Assembly: GCA_938005315.1 (NCBI GenBank)
Contig: CALLOB010000049.1
Location: forward strand, 5,978-69,977
Direction: 5' to 3'
Source: an uncultured Phycisphaerae bacterium
GTDB taxonomy: Bacteria > Planctomycetota > Phycisphaerae > UBA1845 > PWPN01
DNA length: 64,000 nucleotides
Shown here piece by piece: positions 1-7,620 of the stretch; position 1 is the stretch's first letter; every line of letters begins with the position of its first letter. The notes below the pieces were generated by a model. It searched no databases and was not told the DNA's origin. It saw only the letters and a program-made list of their open reading frames with translations. The translations under genes and the position numbers were made by a program.

Positions 1-361
1 CCAGAAGGCCGCGAAGGTGATGAACCGCGGCAGCTTCGGGGGCCAGGGCTGCGGCGGCCTCGACCGAGGCCTGAGCCCGGCTCAGTTCGCCTTCCTCCAG
101 CTGAATGCGGGCCATCAGCAGGTGGGCATCCAGGCATGCGGCATCCAGCGCCAGGGCTTCGGCGCACTGTTCGGAGGCGGCCTGAAGCTGCCGGGCCTCG
201 AAGCTGCGCTGGGCGAGTTGAAGCTTGATCCGGGCCCGGACCTCCCGCCAGCGCTGCTCGCCCTCTTCGCGCGCGGTCTTGTGTTTTTCGCCGGCGGCGC
301 AGCCCGTCAGGAGCAACGCGGCCGGCAGCAGCCACAGGCCGATTCCCGCGACGCGCCTCAC
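1..361 (-). CDS. TPR-like lipoprotein, N-terminal part only (runs off window start); possible secretin pilotin (PilF/PilW-type)
   Basis: Not in the ORF track because there is no stop in the window. GTG at 361-359 overlaps the secretin stop (GTGA). Hand translation gives MRRVAGIGLWLLPAALLLTGCAAGEKHK..., a signal peptide with lipobox LTGC. Helical A/L/E/Q-rich TPR-like repeats follow, and the frame stays open to position 2. Confidence 0.55.
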   Translation of the reverse strand, partial: MRRVAGIGLWLLPAALLLTGCAAGEKHKTAREEGEQRWREVRARIKLQLAQRSFEARQLQAASEQCAEALALDAACLDAHLLMARIQLEEGELSRAQASVEAAAALAPEAAAVHHLRGLL

Positions 362-2271
362 GGCATCTCCTCCTCCGGCGCGGTCGCCGGCGGACGGCCC
401 GGTCCGGCGCCCTGCAGCCGTCGCACGATGAAGTCGCGTACGATGCCGCCCTCGTCCTCCGAGAGACTCTCGGCCGTCAGTTCCTCCTTGAGCTGCAGGG
501 CCGGCAGGTAGCCGGGCTTGAGATGCAGCGCCATGCGCGCATCCCACAGGGCCTTGTCCAGGCGCCCGGCGCGGCGGTGCTCGAGGGCCCACTCGTAGTG
601 GGCCACGGCCAGTCGCTCGCGGCCCTGGGGCATGAGTCCGCGGCGCAGACCGGCGCGTACCGCCTCGATTTCCGCGGCCTGCTCGGCGCCCAACTGCGCG
701 TAGGTTTCGTCGTCCTTGACGATGTGGACGGTCAGCAGAATGATGACTTCCTCGCGGCCGGTCTGGTCGGTGGTGGTGCCGAAAAGGGTTCCGGCGCCGG
801 GAAGGCTGCCGAGATAGGGCACCTGGCTGCGATTGGTCTGGGTGGCGTCGCGGAACAGTCCGCCGATGAGGATGGTGTGGCCGTCGCGGATCACGATGCT
901 GGTGGTCACCTCGGTGGTCCGCTTGAACGGCAGGTTGGACTCGTTCAGCCCGCCGCTGCTGTCCTCCGGGTGGATCTCCATGCGGATGTGGCCGTCGTTG
1001 CCGATGAAGGGCGTGAACCGCAGCTGGGTTCCGGTCTCCAGGAACTCGACGGTCTGCGTGGCCACCGTCTCGGTGACCGTGGTGGTCAGATAGCCGTCGC
1101 GCCGGCCGACGATCACCTCGCCCTGCTGACGGTTGAGGGCCAGCACCTTGGGGTTGGCCACCACGGTGGTGTCGGTGATCTGCTCCAGGGCCCGGATGAA
1201 CACCGCGACCTTGTCCTTGATCACGCCGAAGGTGAACCCGCCGTTGGGCACGAGGTTGTTGAAGTCCGTGCGCCAGGTCATGTTGGTATTGACCATCTCC
1301 GGCCGCGGCAGCAGGCCGGTGTTCAGCTCGGTGATGCCCGGCGAGACGGAGTTCAGCGTCTGGAAGTTGACGCCCGAGAGCATGTTGAAGTCGATGCCCA
1401 GCGAGTTGGCCTCGTTGAGCTGGGCCCGCAGGATCGTGGCCTCCACGAGCACCTGCCGGGGTCTGGTGTCCAGCTCGCGGATCAGCCGCTCCACCTCGCG
1501 CAGGCGGCTGGGGGTGTCGGAAACGACGATGACATCCGGACCGGTCAGGTTCATGGTCCTGGCGGTGTCGGTGCCCGAGGAGGACGAGGATGTTCCGCCG
1601 GTGGACAGCGGCACGGAGACGATCCGCCCCTCCTCGCTCAGGGCCGACTTGATCACCGGCTCGAGGTCGCGGGTGGATACGTAGTTCAGGTGAAAGACCC
1701 GCGTTTCCTGGGTCTCGCGACGGGCCGAAGTCCGGGCGGCGGCCTGTTCGGCCAGGGTCTGGACGTAGATGAAGCGTCCTTCCTCGACATAGGTGCAGCC
1801 GTTGGGCATGAGCACCGCGGCCAGGGCCTCCTCGAAGGAGACGTCAAAGAGGTCGGCGGTCACCGTGCCGGCGACGTTGGGGCTGGCGACGATGTTCCGG
1901 CGGCTCTGGACCGACAGCATGCGCAGCACGTCGCCCAGCGGCACGTCGGTGACGTGCATCTCCACGCGCAGGTCGGGACCGACGGCCACCGACCCGCGCG
2001 GCGGCGATCCGGGGGGCGGCGCGGGCTCGTCGGAATCCGGCGGCATGGGGGCCTCGTCGGACCGGGCCGACGACTCGGGCCCGGGTGCGGGGTTGCGGGC
2101 TTCGATCATTCTGCGCAGGGCGGACAGCAGCTTGTCGCTCGCGCCCGCCGATCCGCCCGCGGCCGGCTCCTGCACGGTCGCTTCGGGCGTCTGGGCGGCT
2201 CCGTCCCGGCCCAGTCCCGCGGCCAGCAGGGCCAGCAGCAAGGCCATCAGGTTGAACTTCAGTCCGCGCAT
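358..2271 (-). CDS. Secretin (GspD/PilQ family outer-membrane channel) with C-terminal TPR-like tail
   Basis: 637 aa with signal peptide MRGLKFNLMALLLALLAAGLG. STN/N-domain-like region (VTDVPLGDVLRMLS...NIVASPNVAGTVTADL). Secretin core VVANPKVLALNRQQGEVIVG...TSIVIRDGHTILIGGLF...VPYLGSLPGAGTLFG...EVIILLTVHIV. The last ~70 aa are TPR-like (AVAHYEWALEHRRAGRLDKALWDARMALHLKPGY). Confidence 0.88.
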   Translation of the reverse strand: MRGLKFNLMALLLALLAAGLGRDGAAQTPEATVQEPAAGGSAGASDKLLSALRRMIEARNPAPGPESSARSDEAPMPPDSDEPAPPPGSPPRGSVAVGPDLRVEMHVTDVPLGDVLRMLSVQSRRNIVASPNVAGTVTADLFDVSFEEALAAVLMPNGCTYVEEGRFIYVQTLAEQAAARTSARRETQETRVFHLNYVSTRDLEPVIKSALSEEGRIVSVPLSTGGTSSSSSGTDTARTMNLTGPDVIVVSDTPSRLREVERLIRELDTRPRQVLVEATILRAQLNEANSLGIDFNMLSGVNFQTLNSVSPGITELNTGLLPRPEMVNTNMTWRTDFNNLVPNGGFTFGVIKDKVAVFIRALEQITDTTVVANPKVLALNRQQGEVIVGRRDGYLTTTVTETVATQTVEFLETGTQLRFTPFIGNDGHIRMEIHPEDSSGGLNESNLPFKRTTEVTTSIVIRDGHTILIGGLFRDATQTNRSQVPYLGSLPGAGTLFGTTTDQTGREEVIILLTVHIVKDDETYAQLGAEQAAEIEAVRAGLRRGLMPQGRERLAVAHYEWALEHRRAGRLDKALWDARMALHLKPGYLPALQLKEELTAESLSEDEGGIVRDFIVRRLQGAGPGRPPATAPEEEMP

Positions 2272-2279
2272 CCCTGCGT

Positions 2280-2633
2280 CTACCTCACGGCGGGTCGGTC
2301 CGTTCGCTCGACCGGCCTGCGCCCCGGCGGCGTCGCCGTCCTGGAACCCGCGGCCGGCTCGGCCGGCTTGCGGCCCGACTCGACCACCTCCACCCTGATC
2401 GTGCCCTGGCGGAGCAGGTCCAGGACCGCCGCCAGCGACTGATCGATGCGGTCCAGCCGGGCGATCATTTCGTTGCGTTGCAGACCGGAGTCCGGAATCT
2501 GAGCCACCGCCGACTGCAGCAGAGTCGGCTGCAGGACGTTGTCGGCCACCAGTCCGATCATCACGCCGACGACCAGACCGCCCAGGATCGCCCGGCCCCG
2601 CGGCCGCTGCAGCGGAGGTTGCGATACGGACAT
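2280..2633 (-). CDS. Bitopic membrane protein of unknown function, first gene of the secretin operon
   Basis: Internal ATG at 2633 is preceded by GGGAGGAATCC. MSVSQPPLQRPRGRAILGGLVVGVMIGLVADNVL gives one TM helix, followed by a coiled-coil-like segment. The stop lies 8 nt upstream of the secretin ATG. The longer 212-aa ORF upstream part looks like Arg/Pro-rich noise. Confidence 0.45.
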   Translation of the reverse strand: MSVSQPPLQRPRGRAILGGLVVGVMIGLVADNVLQPTLLQSAVAQIPDSGLQRNEMIARLDRIDQSLAAVLDLLRQGTIRVEVVESGRKPAEPAAGSRTATPPGRRPVERTDRPAVR

Positions 2634-2935
2634 GGATTCCTCCCTACGGCCCGTGTTATCGGCGGTCAGAGGGGCTCTCACGACTGATTTATCCGGCAAA
2701 ATCGGAAGTGGACCTCCGGGCGCCGCAACCGGTGTTCGGCGAAGGCTTTCCACCGTTCCGCAAGCCCGCCGGCCGCGGGTTATCGGGCGTACATCCGTGT
2801 GTCCGGGCCGTCCGGGTCGGCCCGAAGCCGCATTCGCGGGGGAAGTCGGCCGATGATGGAGAACAGGCGCCGCCGCTGTGCGGGGTGGGTCGATGAACCC
2901 GCCGGAGCCGCGCCGCATCGCCCGAGACAGGCCGG

Positions 2936-3454
2936 ATGAACGCCAGTCGCCGGAGATTCCCGATCCGCCCGCCGCCGTGGCGGCTTGCCCTCACGCTGAT
3001 CGAGATGCTCGTGGTGCTGGTGATCATGGCCGTGCTGGCGGCGGTGGCGGTGCCGCGGTTCGGTTCGGCCGACGCCCGGCATCGTGTCGATGTCGCGGCC
3101 CGGCGGGTGGTCGCCGACCTCGAGCTGGCCCGCCAGCGGGCCCGGGCGGCCTCCGGGTATCGCTCCGTGGTTTTCGATCCGGCGGGGGCCCTCTACCGCT
3201 TGCCCGGCGTGCCCCATCCGGATCGACCGGGTTCGTCGGACGACTATACCGTGGAGCTGGGGCGCGCTCCCTATGGGGCGTCCATCATCGCCGTGGACTT
3301 CGGCGGAGACGCCACCATCGTCTTTGACGGATTCGGCACTCCCGACAGCGGCGGGGGGGTGACGATCCGCGTGGGCGGCTATACCAGGACGGTGACCGTC
3401 GATCCGCAGACGGGCAACGCCACCGTTCCGCCGGAGCCCACGGCGGTCAACTGA
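2936..3454 (+). CDS. Minor pseudopilin, GspH/FimT-like
   Basis: 172 aa. Class-III (prepilin) signal: RLA|LTLIEMLVVLVIMAVLAAVAVP with Glu at +5. Then RVDVAARRVVADLELARQRARAASGYRSVVFD, which is typical of GspH/FimT. Confidence 0.75.
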   Translation: MNASRRRFPIRPPPWRLALTLIEMLVVLVIMAVLAAVAVPRFGSADARHRVDVAARRVVADLELARQRARAASGYRSVVFDPAGALYRLPGVPHPDRPGSSDDYTVELGRAPYGASIIAVDFGGDATIVFDGFGTPDSGGGVTIRVGGYTRTVTVDPQTGNATVPPEPTAVN

Positions 3455-3463
3455 GTACCCGGG

Positions 3464-5254
3464 ATGAGCGTGGATCATCGGACATTACGGATGCGGCGGC
3501 ACGAGGCCCGCGCGGGCGGTTTGACCCCGATCGACGCGGGCGGGCGGTATGCGCCGCGCGGCTCGACCGGACGGCTCCGGTCCGGGCGGTGGAAATGGGC
3601 CGCCCCGGCCTGCCGGCGGGCGTTCACGCTTGTCGAGCTGATGGTCGGCATGGCGGTGATGAGCGTGCTGCTGGTCGGGCTGGCCTCGGCGGTGGTTATC
3701 GCGTCGCGATCGCTGCCCGGCCCGCAAAGCCGGCTGGAACGGACGGTCCGGGCCGCCGCCGCCCTGGACGGCCTGCTGGAGGACCTGAGGCTGGCGACGT
3801 GGTTCCTCGATCACACCGACACCGCCACCACGTTCGCGGTGCCGGATCGCAACGGCGACGGCCGGCCCGAGTGGATCCGTTATGCCTGGTCGGGGACCCC
3901 CGGGGACCCCCTGACCCGGCAGATCAGCGGCGGGGCGGTCGCCACCGTCCTGACCGACGTGCGGCAGTTCTCGCTGGCCCTGCTGCTGCGGACGACGCAG
4001 GAGACCTTTCCCGGCGCCGCGACGGAATCCCCGACGCTCCAGTTGCTGGCCGGTTACCCCGTGGTGCCCACCGATCCGCTGAACGATCCGGAGAAGTGGA
4101 CCATCGATCACCTGCGACATGTCAGCCAGTACGTCGAGCCGACTCTGCCGCCCGGGGCCGTGGCCTGGCGTCCGGCCCGCGTTCGATTCCTGGCCGGCAA
4201 CAAGCCGCCCGACACCGAGACGTTGCGGGTCGAGCTGCGCGAACCCGGCGTCGGCATTCGCCCTTCGACGGTGACACTGGCGGGCGTTTCGATCCCGGAA
4301 AACACCTTGCGCGGCCTGGGAAGCTGGTTCACGGTCGATTTCAACGACGTGGCCAGGCGGTCGCCGGAAGCCGGGGTCTGCATCTGCTTTCGGGGGTTGA
4401 CCGGCAGCGGCTCGCCGGCCGCAGAGCTGCGCTACGACGACCAGGCCCGGGACCGCAACGGATCCATGACCTTTTCCAACAACGGCGGCTCGAGCTGGGC
4501 CTTCGAGCCGGACTATGTTCTTCAGCACGAGGTCCGCGGCTACTGGTGGCTGCAGGGACCGCCGATCGCCGCCTCGCGACGCGCGGCCGCGTCGGTCATC
4601 GCCGCGGTGAGTACCGGGGACGCGCCTTCCGGTCGTGCCTCCGCCTCCGCCGCGGCGGCACTGCTGAACGGGCCGGAGCTGCTCAGCGGCATCTGGGAGG
4701 CGGATTTCAGCGTCCATCCATGCGAAGACCGGAACGGCAACGGCATTCCCGATTTCGGCGTGAGCAGCGGCATGATCAATCCCGCCTCGCTGGTCAACGG
4801 CGTCTGGCGGGTGGACAACGCCCTGCAGACGCTCCCCGCCAATGATTTCGCCGGGCTGACCATCGTGAAACTGCGTTTCCGCGCGACCTCCGGGGCGCTG
4901 AGCTTCCGCCTCCATGCCGACTGGGACGCCCTCAGCTGCGCGGTGATCGAGGCGTCGGTCGTGCCCGACGGCCAGGGCGGTCAGACGTTGAGGGTGTCCC
5001 ATCGTCCGGACTGGAGCACCGAGGAGCTGCTGACCGATGTGCGTTATCTGCCGCCTGATTTCGTGGAGCTGCGCCTGTTGATCGATCCCCAGCGCGATCT
5101 GGTCAACATTCGCGTCAACGAGATCGAACGCGGCACGTTCGGCTATGCCCGGATCGCCATGGCCACGGCCGACAAGTCCGCCGTGCTGTACCCGGAGGTG
5201 CCCGGGGCCGGCGAGGTCGACGATCTGTCCATCCGCGTGGCGGAGGTGCCTTGA
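3464..5254 (+). CDS. Large pseudopilin, GspJ/PilW-like N-terminus with ~400-aa C-terminal extension
   Basis: 596 aa. Prepilin motif RRA|FTLVELMVGMAVMSVLLVGLA (Glu +5). The GspJ-like part is ...FAVPDRNGDGRPEWIRYAWSG...LTRQISGG...VRQFSL. The extension has a second DRNGNGIPD loop and a beta-rich tail. The true start may be an internal Met, since the leader is unusually long. Confidence 0.65.
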   Translation: MSVDHRTLRMRRHEARAGGLTPIDAGGRYAPRGSTGRLRSGRWKWAAPACRRAFTLVELMVGMAVMSVLLVGLASAVVIASRSLPGPQSRLERTVRAAAALDGLLEDLRLATWFLDHTDTATTFAVPDRNGDGRPEWIRYAWSGTPGDPLTRQISGGAVATVLTDVRQFSLALLLRTTQETFPGAATESPTLQLLAGYPVVPTDPLNDPEKWTIDHLRHVSQYVEPTLPPGAVAWRPARVRFLAGNKPPDTETLRVELREPGVGIRPSTVTLAGVSIPENTLRGLGSWFTVDFNDVARRSPEAGVCICFRGLTGSGSPAAELRYDDQARDRNGSMTFSNNGGSSWAFEPDYVLQHEVRGYWWLQGPPIAASRRAAASVIAAVSTGDAPSGRASASAAAALLNGPELLSGIWEADFSVHPCEDRNGNGIPDFGVSSGMINPASLVNGVWRVDNALQTLPANDFAGLTIVKLRFRATSGALSFRLHADWDALSCAVIEASVVPDGQGGQTLRVSHRPDWSTEELLTDVRYLPPDFVELRLLIDPQRDLVNIRVNEIERGTFGYARIAMATADKSAVLYPEVPGAGEVDDLSIRVAEVP

Positions 5255-6105
5255 GTTCCGCGACCGTCCGACGTCCGCCCTCCCGGTGTCCGGCGCGTGG
5301 CCGCACGGCCGCAGGACGCCGGGCCCTGTCGATGGTCGAGGCGACCATCGCCTCGGTGATCGTCGGACTGCTCATGGTGGCCGCGGTCTCGGCCGCCGGT
5401 CGGGCGGCGCGGACCGGCTCCATTATCGCCGATCGGGTCGCCGGCGGGCTCCACGCCGCCGCGCTGATGACCGAAATCCTCCAGCAGGCCTATATCGACC
5501 CGGGAGCCGGCCCGGTATTCGGCCCTGAGGCCGACGAGAACCCGGCCACCCGCAGGGACTTCGACGACGTCGACGACTACCACGGCTGGAACGCCGGCCC
5601 CCCGCAGAACAAGGCCGGCGCGGTCCTGTCGGGCCTGGACGGCTGGGAGGAGTCGGTGGCCGTGGCCTGGTGCCAACCGGATAACCCCATGACCAACGCC
5701 GGCAGCGACCTGGGCGTCAAGCGGATCACCGTGACCGTCCGCCGCCGCGGGGCCGAAGTCGCCTCGCTGACGGCACTGAGGACGGCCGCTTTCAGCACGC
5801 TGAGCAATCCTCCGTCGTCGAGTTCGGACGGTAACAGTCCTCCTTCCGCAGCCTTCACCTGGCAGGTTGTCTCCGGCTCGGCCGATCTGAGCGTGTTCTT
5901 CGACGCCGGGGCCTCCGGCGATCCGGATCCCGTCGACAGCGGCACGCTGACCTTCCTCTGGGACTTCGGCGACGGCGCCGTTGCCGGGGGGCGCACCGTC
6001 ACGCACGCCTACGCCGTCGAGGGGGCCTACGTCGTGACGCTGACGGTCATCGACGGGCGGGGAGGTCTGGCCACGGTCAACCAGACCGTTGAGGTGCGAC
6101 GATGA
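5251..6105 (+). CDS. Pseudopilin (GspI/PilV-like) with Ser/Pro linker and C-terminal PKD domain
   Basis: TTG start overlaps the upstream stop (TTGA), with GGAGG 4 nt upstream. Prepilin motif RRA|LSMVEATIASVIVGLLMVAAV. Linker NPPSSSSDGNSPPSA. PKD signature FTWQ...LTFLWDFGDG...HAYAVEGAYVVTLTVIDGRGG. Confidence 0.75.
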   Translation: MSSATVRRPPSRCPARGRTAAGRRALSMVEATIASVIVGLLMVAAVSAAGRAARTGSIIADRVAGGLHAAALMTEILQQAYIDPGAGPVFGPEADENPATRRDFDDVDDYHGWNAGPPQNKAGAVLSGLDGWEESVAVAWCQPDNPMTNAGSDLGVKRITVTVRRRGAEVASLTALRTAAFSTLSNPPSSSSDGNSPPSAAFTWQVVSGSADLSVFFDAGASGDPDPVDSGTLTFLWDFGDGAVAGGRTVTHAYAVEGAYVVTLTVIDGRGGLATVNQTVEVRR

Positions 6106-7040
6106 GCGGGTGCCGCAGTCATGCCGCCGCCCGACCGGGCACTGCGTACGTCGCGGTCGTGGTCGTCGCGGCGATCGTTTCGGCCATCAGCCTGGCGGCG
6201 GTGTGGGCCGGGCGGGTCCGCCTGCGGACCGCCGAACAGGTCGCCCACGCCGCCGAGGCCCGTCTGCTGGCGTTTGCGGGTGCGGAAACCGCGGTGCAGA
6301 CCATCTCGACGGATCCCGGATGGCGAGCGAACGTTCCCCCGAATACGTATATGACCGAAAGGCAACTGGGCAACGGTCGCTTCACGTGGAAAATCGTGCC
6401 CGAACCCGAGTTCGCCGGCCAGATCAATCCGCCGGTGCGGGTTTACGGACGGGGCGTCAGGACCATGGCCGATCCACGCGAGGAAACGACGCGGATCATC
6501 AGCTTTCTGCTGAGGGCTCCGGTCGCGAATCCCGCCAACCTGCTGAGCAACCCCGGCTTCGAACGCGGCGTCTCCAAGTGGTCGGCCATGAACGGCTGCG
6601 AACTCGTCATCGAAACCAGCCCGGTTTACGCCGGGAGCCGCTGTCTGTGGGTGCATGGTCGATCCGGCGCCTCGGCCGGTCCGGCACAGTCCCTGCTGGG
6701 GCGGATCGATCGGGGCGCTTATGAAATGGAGGCCTGGATTCGTCCCACCTCATCCAACACCCGGGCGAAGTTCACGGTTTACGTCAAGGGGAGCCTTTCG
6801 ACCGGGCAATTCATCACCGACAGCACAGGCCAGGCCGTGACCACGGACAGATTCCGCCGTGTCACGATGAACGCGAATATCGACTGGTCGGGCTCGCTGG
6901 AGGAGGCCTGGGTCAGAGTCGACACCGCACCGGGGCAGCCGGTCGCAAGCTTTTATGTGGACGAAGTCGTGTTTCGCGAGAGGCCTTCGACGTCCATCGA
7001 GATCATTCCCGGTTCCTGGCGGCAGGAACTGCAGCCTTGA
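6102..7040 (+). CDS. GspK/PilX-like minor pseudopilin with C-terminal CBM4/9-type (galactose-binding-like) module
   Basis: ATGA overlap with the upstream gene. Hydrophobic N-terminus GTAYVAVVVVAAIVSAISLAAV has no Glu +5, as in GspK/PilX. PilX_N-like AEARLLAFAGAETAVQ. The C-terminal ~165 aa read NLLSNPGFERGVSKWSAMNGCELV...GSRCLWVHGR...YEMEAWIRP...FYVDEVVF, a CBM_4_9-like pattern. Confidence 0.7.
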   Translation: MSGCRSHAAARPGTAYVAVVVVAAIVSAISLAAVWAGRVRLRTAEQVAHAAEARLLAFAGAETAVQTISTDPGWRANVPPNTYMTERQLGNGRFTWKIVPEPEFAGQINPPVRVYGRGVRTMADPREETTRIISFLLRAPVANPANLLSNPGFERGVSKWSAMNGCELVIETSPVYAGSRCLWVHGRSGASAGPAQSLLGRIDRGAYEMEAWIRPTSSNTRAKFTVYVKGSLSTGQFITDSTGQAVTTDRFRRVTMNANIDWSGSLEEAWVRVDTAPGQPVASFYVDEVVFRERPSTSIEIIPGSWRQELQP

Positions 7041-7479
7041 ACCCGACAACGATTCGAGTCCGCTTTGATTTCGGATGTGGTCCACGCACCAGCCACGGCG
7101 ACCGCATGACCGGGTTTCCCGGGCCAGGCGAGACGACAATCCGTCACACACCTTTCGGTCCCATCATCCCTGAAAGCATGCTGGCCCACCCCGTGTTATC
7201 AGTTTGGATCTCCTGGTGTGTAACTCATGGAGAAAAATGAAGTTCCTGGACCTGCGAGCGGCCTTGGAAGACCCTTGTAATCAGGCTGCTGAGCGGTTTG
7301 AGCTTCAGGAGCCGAGGGCACGACGTCGATGACTACCTGAGACGTGTACAGCGGCGGCATCGTCTCCGGGTCGAGCCGGCAGACCGAGAGACCTCCGTCG
7401 AAATGCCCGGCTGTGGTTCGGCTGGCCTGATGGGATTCTCCGTCCGGGGCGGTCCGCCGACACTTGGGCGGCAAGGCGG

Positions 7480-7507
7480 TTGACAAGACGGACCTGCGGC
7501 TCTTAAT
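7480..7507 (+). promoter_or_regulatory. Candidate sigma70-type promoter
   Basis: TTGACA (7480-7485), 16-nt spacer, CTTAAT (7502-7507). It lies ~110 nt upstream of the small ORF at 7621. Confidence 0.35.
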
Positions 7508-7620
7508 CTGAAGAAGCCGTCATCTGACGCCGGTCGGCCGCGCGGCGCGGGCGGCTAGGGGTCAGATTCTGTGCCCGGTCCGGCCGGGCGAGTCAGTCAT
7601 CCCTGGCAAGGAGTGAGATC

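Noticed and set aside
523-2442. 639-aa ORF antisense to the secretin gene. Similar very long antisense or overlapping ORFs occur elsewhere: 3485..5002, 13461..15458, 17534..20002, 36169..37974, 38436..40190, 40831..42645, 42713..44680, 46077..49169, 51430..54240, 54706..56394 and 60217..61968.
   Set aside because: High-GC genomes lack stop codons on the antisense strand. These translations are Arg/Gly/Pro/Ala/His-rich with no recognisable motifs. The opposite strand in each case encodes a protein with clear family signatures.
7199-7486. 95-aa minus-strand ORF in the gap after the pseudopilin operon
   Set aside because: It has no RBS, no recognisable motif and Pro/Ser/Thr-rich low-complexity composition. 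There is not enough evidence to call it a gene.
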